The translations under genes and the position numbers were made by a program. Of a DNA stretch of 64,000 nt, positions 25,380-37,920 are shown piece after piece; positions within the stretch are counted from its first letter, which is position 1, and the number at the start of each line of letters is the position of its first letter. This DNA comes from Callorhinchus milii (Eukaryota). The stretch is from positions 46,068,001-46,132,000 of the forward strand of contig NW_024704743.1 of the NCBI RefSeq assembly GCF_018977255.1. The letters run 5' to 3'. The notes below the pieces were generated by a model, which had not been told where the DNA came from, did not search any database, and was given only the letters and a program-made list of their open reading frames with translations.

Positions 25380-25407
25380 ACACACGGAATCCTGCGTGAG
25401 ATTGTCT

Positions 25408-25438
<31 letters not shown>

Positions 25439-25732
25439 GGAACCGGGAAGGGTAGGGGTTGAGTCAGACTGAGAGTGGAGAGCAGAGATTCCCATTGCCT
25501 CCCTGGTTTCCCCCTGTGCTCTTCCTCTCTTTACTCCCAGTTGTGCTGTGCAATGCTGCGCGGCGCGACGCGGGCAGAGTCTGAGTGCGAGAGGGAGGGA
25601 GGGGGAGAGGGAGGGAGGGAGGGAGGGAGTGAGGGGGAGAGGGAGAGCCACGGTCACACAGAGGGTATTTGAACAGAGGATCGGAACCGAAAAATAATCG
25701 TGTAAATGCCCCATCGGCTCCACGTTTCCCAG
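25380..25732 (+). promoter_or_regulatory. Promoter and probable non-coding first exon of gene B
   Basis: Local CpG cluster (gctgcgcggcgcgacgcggg), (CT)n and GGGA-repeat G4-like tract (25590-25645), candidate donor CAG|gtttga at 25732, about 0.8 kb upstream of the ATG exon. Confidence 0.55.
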
Positions 25733-25778
25733 GTTTGAGAATAATTTATTGTCTCTCCATTTGCAGCGTTAGGAGGCG

Positions 25779-25820
<42 letters not shown>

Positions 25821-26085
25821 ACATGTATATGTGTGTATGTGTGTACATGTGTATGTGTGTGTGTACATGTATGTGTGTGTGTACATGTATGTGTGTGTAC
25901 ATGTGTGAGTGTACATGTGTATGTGTGTGTATATGTGTGAGTGTACATGTGTGTGTGTACATGTGTGTGTACATGTGTGTGTGTGTGTACATGTGTGTGT
26001 GTACATGTGTGTGTGTGTACATGTGTCTGTGTGTGTGTACATGTGTCTGTGTGTGTGTACATGTATGTGTGTGTACATGTATGTG
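25779..26085. repeat. Complex (GT)n / GTACAT-interrupted microsatellite
   Basis: Visible directly; the source of the HTHT/CVCV spurious ORFs. Confidence 0.95.
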
Positions 26086-26565
26086 AGAGACAAGGGAGGC
26101 TTTAACTTTTGTTGGTCAGTATAAGCGGATCTTAAAGCTCACATCACCAGTTACATTGCAGTGATCCCGGACCCCCCCCCCCCCCCCCCCCCCTCTGCCC
26201 CTCTCCCTTCTCCTGTAACTTTGGGATGGGTCCAGAGCTCAGATGGGAAGCCGTCAGCAGCCGCCGGTACAGTAAAGTACATAGTGTAACCACAATGCAG
26301 CCGCAGAGCCCCTCAGTGGGTAGAGGGCTACTCCGGGTGGGTCAGGGGCGACTGAAGGCCATTGCACAAGGACACATTGCCAAGTGTGTGATCTGTGCAG
26401 GACCCCCCCCCCCCCCACCCCCCCCCCCCACCCCCCGGGGCAGCGGGTAGCAAATGCATTGCTGAGATCTCTGCTGTTTTTTTTTTGGTGTGTGTGTGTG
26501 TGTGTGGAGGGGAAAAAATATTAACCTCCTTTTTTTTTTGCAATGTAGTGAATTGGAAGATCGAG

Positions 26566-26772
26566 ATGGATGTAAACGGAGTTTCTCAGTGTCGGGAAAA
26601 CAGGAGCTCAGAGCCCATCCCCCACTCGCAGGGGTCTGGAGGCAGTGGCTGTCAGCAACAGCAGCAGCAGGAACAGCAGCAACAGCAGGATGGGCAGAGG
26701 CAGGAGAGTCCAGCTGTCAATGCCAACCTCACTCAGGAGAAGAGACAAGCAAATGATAAAGAAGACAAGAAG
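26566..26772 (+). CDS. First coding exon of unidentified gene B: MDVNGVSQCRENRSSEPIPHSQGSGGSGCQQQQQQEQQQQQDGQRQESPAVNANLTQEKRQANDKEDKK (phase 0)
   Basis: Acceptor (t)n-gcaatgtag| at 26548, Kozak-like gagATGG, 69 open codons with poly-Q, and strong donor AAG|gtaaga. Confidence 0.7.
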
Positions 26773-28780
26773 GTAAGAGCAAACTCCTTCACTAACCTCT
26801 CTGGGCATTCCCCCCCTCCTCCTCCTCCTCCTCCTCCTCCCTCTCTTCACATAACACAATCCATTCACTAATATATCATTGTGTGCTGTTAAACGTGCAA
26901 CTGTACACAGTACTCTCTTACGTTTGCAGAAAGAGGAATGTCACAAAATTGCTGGCCTCCCTTCCCCAATAAACGTGCTCTTTGTTTTTCCTCACCACTG
27001 TGATAATTTGTGAGGGATCAGCGCAGATGTGGGATTACCTGAACAAAGTGGTTAGATTGCAGGAACAATAACAAGGTGAGGTTCAACATTGTCCGCAATT
27101 ATTGAAAGCATGTTGTGATTTGAAAATAAATACATTAAGTGTCAAAAACAATCATGCCCTAAACTCTTCTGCATCCAAAATCCTCTATTCAGGATCATTT
27201 CTTGGAACCTGTAATTCCAAATTACCTGGAGGGGTAAAAGATCATTTAATAATTAAACTTTTACTTATTAAACATGGAGGTTTTCCGCTCTTTATTGGTT
27301 TCCATGTGATTATTTTGTTCCCTCTTGACTTAACATAGTTGCTTTTCATTCACATTGAAGTGCAGTTAATGGTGTGCTGAACAATTTATTAAAGTTTTAT
27401 TTGATCAAAATGAAATGTGCTATTGAATATACCTTTGCCTTTTTGAGCTGGCATTCACTGAAATATTTGGGCAATTTACTTGTTCCACACAGTTTTCTGT
27501 TTTACCTCTAATGCAATCTATAAGATTAGCAATGTGATACATCATATTTGGTGTTATGTGTCGCATTGTTTCTGGATTATTTGACTTTACCTGGTCTCTC
27601 TATATATCAAATGCAGGGATTATCTTAATGAAAAAATTATATTTGATCAGTTATTGGATTAAAGTTTTGCTGCCATTTGAGAGTTAAATGGATTACACAC
27701 CTTTATTCGGATTTGAATTCAGACGCAATCATTCCTTTTCTTCTGGAAACCCAAACATTTCGCCAATAAAGATCCAAAGCAGACTCTCTTGGTGAATTGT
27801 AGCTTTTTTCTGACAAATGGCTATAATATTTTAGGACATTGCATTTACAATGTCACGGTAGTGAATGTAAATTCATTGGAGAAGCTGTAATTTTCACATT
27901 CACCATATACATGAGCAATGCATTTTTCAGCCTAATTCACATGCGTACGTTTTAAATGCTTTTTCCTTTTGTGTTTTCCATGCAATTGGCCATAGAATCA
28001 CAAGCCACAGAGGTATATTTCAACCTTTGTTTGCTTGTAGACAATTGCTGTCTCCTAGCTGTGGGCAGGCGAGCTGTTCAGATAAGGCCTGGGTTAACTC
28101 TGTGCACAGTGGTGTGTAACTTAATAAAATCATTCAAATTTACACTTTCAGCACTGCCACAAGGTGGTTTGCAAAGCACATGCATATTATTTACATGCTT
28201 GTTTGTTATTAATTTGTCAGCCTGCAAGCAAGCATCGCATAATTATTCTCTTTATTTTATCAGCCTAAAATAGAAGTTAAGTCAGTTTACCCATGACTTT
28301 TTGTGTTTGTGTACACATCCAGATGCTTCAAAACATAATATGGTCTCATAATTCTTTTGTAAGCACTGAAGGAGTATAAAGGGTTTGGCAGTGTTTGTAA
28401 TGTCTGTGTTTGTGCATGACATAGTGTCCGGCAATATATTGCTATAATTGAACAAATTGTGGTTTTGTAACCAAGTTATACTTTGTAATAACTCCTGCAA
28501 AAGCCTGAAGAACAATATTGGGAGAAAAATATATGAGAAGCCCAGACATAAGGTTAAAGCTACTTGGGTTTCAGGGTTAAGATACATTACTAGCACATAA
28601 AAGGCAACCTGCATTAAATTAAAATTTAAAAGCCAAAGGACAAGCTAGGCTGGGAAACATTCCATGATTCTAAATGCATCAAAATTTAACCTGCAGATAT
28701 TCTGTTCTTCACCTATATGTGAAGGAGTATAAAGTGCTTGGTCGTGTTTGAAACATGTATGTGTGTGAATTGCTGTACCA

Positions 28781-29200
28781 GGTGTCAGCCTGGCTCAGTT
28801 GGCAAAACTCTCGCTGCTTAGTGAGAACGTTATGGGTTCAAGCCCCTTGTCAGGACTTTGAGTTCATAGTCTGAGCTGACACTGCAACGCACTGTTGCCT
28901 TCTAGAAGGTAGCATATTTCAAATGCAATGTTAAACTGAGAACCTGTCTGATAGTTCAGGTGGACTTTAAAGATCCCTTGCCATGAATCAAAGAGAAGTT
29001 TCTCCCTGTGTCCTGGCTAACAATCCCCAGATCAAATTGGTCATTCACTTCATAGCTGTTTGTGGAACTTTGTTGTATGCAAATTGGTTGTCAGGTTTGC
29101 CTGCAAATACAAAATCATTACACTTTATAATAATTCCTGTAAAGTGCTTTGAGATCTTCTGACAATGTGATCAGGTGCCAAAATAAGGAATCTTATTGTT
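28781..29200 (+). mobile_element. Deu-domain SINE (SacSINE1-like), near full length
   Basis: tRNA-like head, gttaaactgag..caggtggactttaaagatccc..gtgtcctggctaac, and L2-type tail. Confidence 0.85.
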
Positions 29201-29776
29201 ATATTGCTATAAATAAACAAACTGTAGTTTTCCAATTAATTGGTACTAAACACTGCATGGACAATACATTTTGTTTGATATACTTAATAATTTGAGTTTA
29301 GTTGCTGCATGTTTTGAGACATAAGACGGTCCTATCACCCTATGAGATAACAAACATTAATTACACTTGAGCTACACACGCTAGCAGCCATTTGTAATGA
29401 AGTTAATGAAAAAGTGCACGAAGAACCAAACTCTGACTAATGCTCGTCAATAGTCAGAGCACATACCTCTGTTGTCATCAGGTAGAAAAATAGCGACTAT
29501 GGGCATATGGCGCTCATTCTGTTATGGGTATTGAGCCTCTCCCTGAGTTAGGGCAGCCTATGGGAATTGTATTGCACCAGATACTTGATGTAATTGGTGC
29601 CTTTTTTAAGGTCCAATCAGATCCTCCCCTCAGTTGCCCAACAGAGGACAAGTTCACCTCCAATCCTTCAATTGCATATTAGAATGGTAAATTACCCGCC
29701 AAATTGTTGTAATCGACGCTAGAGTCAGGCTTGATGGCACCACAAGTATCAAAGACGTTAAGTACGTTAAAAAATA

Positions 29777-29842
29777 GTATTTAAAGTGCTCGTAAAAAAA
29801 AGTATTTAAAGTGCTCGTAAAAAAAAATGTATTTAACGTGCT
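29777..29842. repeat. Tandem repeat of a ~25-bp unit, about 2.5 copies (gtatttaaagtgctcgtaaaaaaaa)
   Basis: Visible directly. Confidence 0.85.
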
Positions 29843-30059
29843 AGTCAATATATTTAAACAACAGAGGCATAGAAAACAAAAGGTGTGACCGTGACAGACA
29901 CTTGGGGTTTAAATAAAGAGAAAAAGCTGAAAGACAATATTGAAAAGGAAATCTGCAATTTGGCTCTTCAGTCCTCTGTTTGTTGGAAGATGCATTATTT
30001 CATAAATGGTGTAGCAGAAACTGAAACACTATGTTGGTGATGTGCCAAATACCATCTAG

Positions 30060-30250
30060 TCTTTGACTTCAAATTAAAGATTGCGCAGAATTATGGAAAA
30101 TTCTTCAATTCAGTTGTAATTTAGAAACCAGTTACTTTGAAAAAAACTGCAAATAAACAACTTCCAAATTAAGACTGAATTTAGGAATTTTCCATGATTC
30201 TTCATTAAATTTAAGATGAAATGGTCTTACAGGTTAAGATCAGGTAGAAT
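30060..30250. mobile_element. Palindromic MITE-like repeat (related copies at about 10380-10560 and 35035-35170)
   Basis: Shared ttccaaattaagactgaattta and atggtcttacagg.taaga, plus internal inverted repeats. Confidence 0.6.
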
Positions 30251-33200
30251 TTTGGGTCCTGAGGGAAGTAAATTTCAGGTTTAATCGGGCATTGTCACTT
30301 TTAATGTGAGATTGATTACAATGAAAGAAAACCAGAGTTGTTATTGTAGAGGTGTTCCTGGCTTAATCTGCTATTGTGAGCTATTGTGGGCAGAGCAGCG
30401 CTAGGGGTGGAGAGAGGGAGGAGAGGACAATTTGCTTGATATAGTTACACCTTAGGTACTGCTGCTACAGTACTTATTAAGTTGTTATTCAATCTGCAAA
30501 GCATCTTATTTTTTTATCAGAGGCATAACAATCTTTTTTAAACGGTGGACTTTCGCTCACAAAATATACAATCAATTCACTTTACAATATATTCTGTGAA
30601 GCGCTTTGAGACATCTTGAAGATGTGATAAGGCTCTGTATCAAATGCAAGGATTATTATTAAATACGGATGAATAATGCGAACATATTTTTTTAAATGCA
30701 GTACAGTAAATGTATGTACTGCGTGCATTTACATGCATATTCTTTCTCAAAACCTGATAAATGGAATTATTAAACATAGTTTGTATGTGTAGAGCTAGGA
30801 AGGAAATCAGGAGCACCACTCAATGGATAAATGCAGTGTGTGATGTGATAATTCAGATAACTTCTGAGTATCCAAGCTAAACTGAGAGTTCCATGGTATC
30901 CCGTCGATACATGAAAATTCTTGAATCTGAGTTGGAATGCGCACTCTATCCTCAGATTGGCACATTGCTTACCTCATTCTGTATTAAGCGCAGGTTGGCA
31001 AGAGCAAAGGGTTGGTGACCCTAGAGTGTGTGTTGCAGTACTGTTGGAGCCTATCCAGCTAAAACTGCACAGCTTGCCATTGATATCGCTATTAGGCAAG
31101 CTGCCCGCTGCTTGTCCAGTGAGGAGTACCCTACCTGTTAGGGCTTTGCCTTGCAAGGTTAACAGGAGCTGAGTGGGAAGAATCTGCCCCTTGTGACCAC
31201 CCTACAAGTCATGCCAATTAGCCAGGTTGGCTGGCCTGGTGCTCCTGTAGCCCTACCTGCTTCAGGACTCAGGCTACTGAGATCAGCGCAGAGGGCTGAC
31301 TTGGACATGGAGATCCTCTCTCTCTCCACCACCCCAACCCCCAGAGGATAACCACATAAATGTATACTGTAATTGTAACAATAACTTGCGTATGTGATTT
31401 CATAAAGGCTATAGCCCAAACATATTTGTATTATTCTTGCTGTCACTACAGTTATGTCCAAATCCCTGAGTGTCCAAAAAGTCCAAATCCCTGACTTGCG
31501 ATGTCCTCCCGATGTGAAAGGCGCAATACAAATCTAATATTTGTATTGTATTGTGCTTTATTTTAGACTGACGGCTTGCTCATAACTCTCTTGTCCGAAA
31601 GTTTAACCATTGGCCATTCATGTCATGACTGGTTCTGAGACATTGCTGTGTGCAAATTAGTAGCCACAGTTGGCTTCAAATACATAGTCACTACACGTGA
31701 AACCCTATGAAAGTTTTCAAGGTGATAAGTTGCTATACCTAATGCATATTATTTTTTGTAAAGGTAAATTCATTCTGTGGTTCATATGTAAGAAGATTAT
31801 TTCTTGTGGTTTCTTTCATGTTGGCATCCTTTTTTAGTGTAAGCTGTATGCTTTCAGAATTTTTATTTCAGAAGCACACAATGAAATAAATGAGCTTCTT
31901 ACAAAATTATGTATTATGTTAAAGACAATCGATTTTGGAGAATGCCTCACAAATGGGTTTTGTTCACAGGATGTGATTAATTGCACTTGTTTTGGCTACA
32001 CACAAGAAAGACTAACTTCCATCAGGTATAGGGATAAGAAGCAGTGTTTGTGTTTGCAGGTTGGTTTCTGCCTGGACACTTAAACAATTAGACTCTGTTT
32101 ATACTTACAGTTTTATTCCCGTGTGAAAATGGTATTCAACCCATGAGTCTAAAGACTAACAGCGACCAAATACTGTGATCAAACTGTCAATATACTCTGC
32201 CAGCCAGTTGACGGCTCGAACATACTTTGAGAGTAATGTTGCCTGAATATAGTCTCTTGTCAGGATTGCAATTGATATTCACTGTCCAGAATGTTCTGCC
32301 ACAGGCGTGCAGTGCAGGGCGAATACACTCTGATGGTAAATGTCTTATATCACAGTTGATGTTGTGTGCGTCTCTGCCTAGTAAATGTACAATTGAGATC
32401 TTTGTTTGCCTTCAAACATGTTTTTATTGTTATTCTAAATAGCGCTGCACAGGATTTACACGTTTTGTTGGTGGTTAGGCAATAGCAGGTGTATGGTTCA
32501 ATTTAGGCTACACAGTGCTTACAAATACCCACAGTACATGCATCTGTACATTTAGGTGGCATTAGTCTCTGCACTCATCTCTTGGAAGATGGTTGATAGG
32601 CAGGGGAAACCAGGGCTCAGTGTGTTTGGGGTCTGTTACATGATACCCTTGGGTAACAGGGAGATAGTGATGAGCTGGGACCTCACTAATAATTTATTCC
32701 CCGTCTCCTCCGGTTGTAAGGGTTTGAGAAGATCTGTTTGGTGTAGGACAACACAAAGGAGACCCAGTTGTCCTCCTATTTTCCAGTCTTGGCTCAGTTC
32801 TGCATTACCCGATTGATCAGATTGATCACTGACTCACTGGTGTTCACACATTTGTCACAAGGGCGCCAGATTCTGCTATATAAAGGGGATGGACACCTTT
32901 GAAACTTTTGGTAATGGTGGCAGTCTGTGGAATGAGAAAGTCCCTCCTACTGCTGGCCTCATATTGAATAGGCATTGGATTGCGGTTTTGGAGGGAGAAT
33001 CAAATTATGCTTCACATTCTTTCCAGGACCTCCTGCCAGGATATCTGGAGGCAGGGGCAGCTCATAAGTATACTAGGAGTGTGCAACATAAACCACAATT
33101 CCATTACCTGGAATTGATGGATCTTATGGGGTGTGTAAGAGTCTATCTGAGCCACCTGACTCTCATTGTCCTGGAGGTGGAGGTAACCAGGGACACTTTC

Positions 33201-33854
33201 CAATCCACTCTTGTTTTTTGATTACATTTGACACCGAGTAATGAGTGACTGATGTGGTGGAGAAAAGGAAATGTCATTTGTTGAAGAGCATAAAAAAATA
33301 AAAGTGAGCCCTGGTTATTCAGTCCATTCCACTCACTTCATTATCCACAATGTGTTTCAGTAACTCATCAAATCCTTTCCCATTTATTTCCTTTCCTAAT
33401 TTTACATTCATCTATTTGTTGAATCATGAATCTCCACTTTCCATTTAAATGCTGTATCAACCCCCTGCACTATTACTTCAGAGATGTTTGTAGCAGTTAA
33501 CATTTGACACTATAATAACTAGAAAGACTTAGAAGTGAGTTTTATTGTGGGAGTAATTTAAGTGAAGGATTTAGTTCATGTACTTGTGTGTTTTATGGAT
33601 TAATATGGTCTTTATATGACTGAAATAATTCAAGTGAATCTTGAAATGCAATCCTGACTCATGCATACCTCCAGCAGTCATTAATATATCCCACTTTCCC
33701 TCAATCTCCATATATGGAAGCTTTAGTCTCTTTCCAAACTATTTTCTAGTTGCTTCACCTGCATGTCCCCTAAACATGGTCGGGCAATGTCCCTACCTAT
33801 AGCTTGTTCTTTGTTGGGGAAGGCAGAACGGGTCATTGAATGGGTCCGTGCCAT

Positions 33855-34530
33855 GATCTGTTCTGCCTTCTCACAACTCTGCAACATCCCCTGGCTCTGC
33901 CACTTCCTGTCCCCTCAGGTTGCCAAGACCCTCATTCATGCATTTGTTATATCTAGGCTCAACCATGCTAACTCTCTGGTTGTCGGCCTTCCCGACTCTT
34001 CCCTCCAGAAGGTGCAGATCGTTCAGAACTCTGCAGCTCATATCCTTCCCCACACCAGGCTCTGTGACCTTATCAACCCCACCCTCGCCCGGCTCCACCT
34101 GCTCCCCATTCCCCAGAGGATCAAGTTCAAAATCCTCGTCCTCACCTTCAAAGCCCTCCACCGCCTTGCTCCTTCCTACCTCTGTGACCCACTAACGCCA
34201 TATCGACCTGTCCGTTCCCTCCACTCAGCAGGCTCCGGCTTGCTTGTCCCGCCTCACCATCAGCGGTTGGGTCTTCTGCCTCTCTGCCCCCACCCTTTGG
34301 AACTCCATCCCATGATCCCTTCTTGATCCCTCCCATGTCTCCTTCAAGGCACGTCCCAAGACCCTCCTCTACGATCATGCCTTCAATCACCCTCCTACCC
34401 TTACCTTTCCTGCCCTCCATCCCTCCTGATCCCAACCCCCTGCTTAGGTCCAAATCCCTGACTGTCAAGCACTTTGGGACATCCTCCTGACGTGAAAGGT
34501 GCAATGCAAATGTGAAGTTGTTGTTGTTCT
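33855..34530 (+). mobile_element. L2 3' end
   Basis: LIHAFVISRLN, VQNSAA and RIKFKILVLTFKALH motifs, plus tail and (TTG)n. Confidence 0.95.
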
Positions 34531-35699
34531 TTGTTGCAATCTTTCCTTAAGTAATTTCTGATTTGGATTTTTTATCCTCTGAATAGTATAGTTGGATGGT
34601 CACATATTTCTATTAAGCATTTATTAGTCCTCCATAACATCCGGTTTGACTGATGGAATCTGATCTTGACAAGGCTATTCTCTTGCTTAACAACTGGCCT
34701 CACTTTCGGATCCCCCATGCAATGTTGGCCCGAGTGAGACATACTTGATCTCTGCCTCATGTTGGAAAAAGTAAACTATGAATAAATCACTTTCAATTCA
34801 ATTATGATCATAAAGATGAGTAAGTATGATTTGTAAGTCAAATATTTAATGATTATATCTCACTGTTGCCTTGTCTTGTGCCTTGTGCATGCTCAATAAT
34901 TTGCTGTACCGTATTATCAGGTGCCCAGGTAAAACTTGTAGTCTATTACCAGTTGTAATATTAGGTCAAATACAAATATTTTATTCACACAGTAAGTACT
35001 CTCTGAGCAGAGTAACTAAAGTGTGGATGTAGCCTTTTTGTCTTAAAATTCTGAAATTCATCTTAATTTGGAAGCTGTTTATTTTCTAATAATTGTGGAA
35101 AATTGGTTTCCAAATTAAGACTGAATTTAAGAACTTTAAGACAGAATGGTCTTACAGGCTAAGACTAATAACATTTTAAGCCTCCAATCAGAAGTCAAAT
35201 TAAAAAAAATCACTATTATGAACAGTGGTGGTGGGGAAGGGTTCCCATTAGGTCATTCGATTTGATCAGTGTCTTAAAGACTGAAAATTTGAGGTTGAAA
35301 TGATCAATGAATGGCTGTTACAATTTCTATGTAATAATAATTGTTGTCTTTGATGTAGCACTTTTCACATCAGGTGTATTCAAAGCACTTCACATATGGG
35401 ATTGCCATGTATAACCCCTAACCAGTGATGTATGTAATTTACAAGCTGTTTTCTTTGGAATACCATACTAATCAGGCAGTTTTCCCTTTTCCTTTGTCAA
35501 AATTCTTGGGTACGACTTCTGATTGACTGCACAGCTAAGAAGCCTCATGCTGATATGAAAATGTGAACTTTTGCACCAGATATAATAATTATAATTTATT
35601 GAATTGATTATGAAATCTAATTTTGCCATCTTTTCCTTGGCTGGCTAAAGGGAAGGAGGTAGATGACACTTTCTTCTGTCTTTGGTCCAATGGTTGGTT

Positions 35700-35960
35700 G
35701 GAGGGATCCGTCGTGCCACTGTTGTGTTTGATTGCTGGTTGCGATGTTTTAATGCAGCTTCGTGAGATGCCAGCTTAACTCAATGGTGTCCCATGAAAAT
35801 GGGACTCAAACAGCTTTCCTGGGATCAGGAGGAAGATTTGGAATCTGCCAGCTAGTGGGAATCCAAGATGCTAGTACAGATCATGGGACCCCAGGCACAA
35901 CAACACAACGAATGCCTGATGTCACAGTGATTAACATTGCAACAAAACCTACAGTTTGGA
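35700..35960 (-). mobile_element. Possible Harbinger transposase relic
   Basis: - strand NVNHCD...GVP*SVLASWIPTSWQIPNL resembles HARBI1-type NVQxxCD...PGSxHDSxILRxSxxP. Confidence 0.35.
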
Positions 35961-36249
35961 TTCAAGCATTTTGGTCTTTTACAGGGTCATAATTTTAGCA
36001 AGACGCAAAGGACAAAGCTGCGTATTATTCAAATTTAATGATTTCACACTATGAATACTTAACAGTTTGTAAGTAACTGAACCCAAGGGTTAGATTGGAC
36101 TTAGTTACATATTACTGTAGTTTCTGTGACTTTATACGACATGGTGTGGTTGTTTTTCAGTTATCAGTTATGATATTTATGTCTTACTCTTGTCTAGAGA
36201 ATTTCAATGTTACAATGTGAATTTCAGAAATTACCAGGAAATTAATTGC

Positions 36250-37275
36250 TGCAGTCCCTCTCCTCCGGATCAGTCCCTGCCCCCCTCAAAACTGCTGTCA
36301 TCACCCCCTCTTCAAAAGATCTTCCCTAGATCCCTCAGCCACTACAACTCTATTTCTAACCTGCCCTTCCCCCAAAAGTCCGAGAACGCGTTGTTGCCAA
36401 TAACTCCACGCACACCTCTCCTCCCACTCCCTCTTCGAACCCCTCCAGTCCGGTTTCCGCCCACAGTACAGAGACTGCACTGGTGAAAGTCACAAACGAC
36501 ATCCTCTCTATCTGTGACCAGGGCTTCCTCTGCCTCGTCCTACTGAAGCTTTCCGCCGCATTCAACATAGTTGATCACGGCATCCTCCTCCACTGCCTGA
36601 CCTCCATCACCCACCTCAGTGGGACCGCACTCGCCTGGTTCGAGTCCTACCTCACAAACCGCCAGCAGTACATCTGCACAAATGGCTTCTCCTCCCGCTC
36701 TCACCCTGCGGGGTGCCCCAAGGATCCATCCTTGGCCCCCCTCCTCTTTCATGGTTCACACCTCCTCCACCTACCCAACCTCCCACTAAAACTCTCCGAA
36801 CCCGTACGCAACCTAGGCGTCATGTTCGACCCCCAATTATCCTTCCTCTCCCACACCCAGTCCCTCACCAGCACCGCTTTCTTCCATCTCCGACGCATTG
36901 ACCGTCTCCGCCAATACGTCTCTCCGAAAGCCGCTGAAGCCCTTTGTCACCTCTCGGCTGGACTATTCAAACGCCCTCTCGCTGGCCTCCCCTCCACTAC
37001 CATCCATAAAATCCAGTTTATTCAAAACTCTGCCGCCCGCATTCTCACCCGCACCAAACTCCGCTCCCCGATCACCCCAGTCCTTGCCAGACTGCACTGG
37101 CTGCCTGTCCCAGAGAGGATCGACTTCAAGATCCTCACTCTTGTCTTCAAATCCCTCTACTCCTTTGTACCCCCCTACCTCTATGACCTCCTCTCTCCTC
37201 AAAACAGTGCCCGTTGCCTTCGTTCTTCCGGGTCTGGCCTCCTCCTTGTCCACCGAGTCCTCCGCTCCACCCTTG
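36250..37275 (+). mobile_element. L2 ORF2 fragment, internally deleted
   Basis: KVTNDIL, LSAAFNIVDHGILL, PQGSILGP, VRNLGVMFD and LHWLPVPERIDFK motifs. Confidence 0.95.
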
Positions 37276-37872
37276 GACAAAGAAAAAAAGGGCTCGGGAA
37301 AATTTGAGCGGAGTCTGACAAAATGGATGATGCTTTCAGAGATAGCACAGATGGGATGGTCTGAATGGCCTCCTCCTATACTGCAGAATTTTATGGTTCA
37401 TTACTTATAATCACAGTTTCAGCTAGTACTCTCTTGCTGTCACCCGCAAAAAGGGTTGCACCTTGGCATACAGCTCCCCTGTGCTTTCTACTGCTCGGTT
37501 CCTCACATTTCACAAATATTAAACCACATGGAGGTAGGTTAGGAAAACTTCTCAGCACCTGATGTAGAAATGACTGGGCGAACAGTAAGTTTTATATAGA
37601 AACTGCTCAAACATCTGTCCATTGTTATTGGAGTGCATGCAGTAAAAGATCTGATTTCTGTTTTACTTATGGATTAGGCTTACTATTTGCTATATTTTAC
37701 AATTATCCTGCATTTAATTTTCTGAAAAAGTGATCCTTTATCAATGAATAATTGTGGTAGTTGGAACAAATGTATCAATAATAATCATACTTAGATTTGT
37801 TTTAGTACCTATCATGTCAAACTGACAGCATTTGGTAATTGCAGTGAATCATAGCTATGTATGTATTTGTAG

Positions 37873-37920
37873 GTAAATATGGTAACTGGTTTGTGTACAG
37901 CAGGTCCAACGAAGGCTATG
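37873..37920 (+). other. Candidate 48-nt exon or RS-exon of gene B (phase 0: VNMVTGLCTAGPTKAM)
   Basis: tatttgtag|GTAAAT...CTATG|gtatga. Frame-preserving, in unique sequence. Confidence 0.3.

Noticed and set aside
25654..26124. His/Thr- and Cys/Val-rich ORFs
   Set aside because: Translations of the GT microsatellite.
26566..26772. Y-box (cold-shock domain) gene assignment from the EDKK ending
   Set aside because: No cold-shock domain exon found downstream, and the splice phase does not fit.
29777..29842. Short direct repeats superficially like a CRISPR array
   Set aside because: No spacers, eukaryotic context and no cas genes.
31970..32025. Possible exon DVINCTCFGYTQERLTSI
   Set aside because: Weak donor, no recognisable homology and no supporting partner exon.
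36483..37410. Longest ORFs in the track (274 and 170 aa) and similar ones at 33.8, 40-41, 44 and 54-56 kb
   Set aside because: Frameshifted L2/CR1 ORF2 debris; no intact autonomous element.
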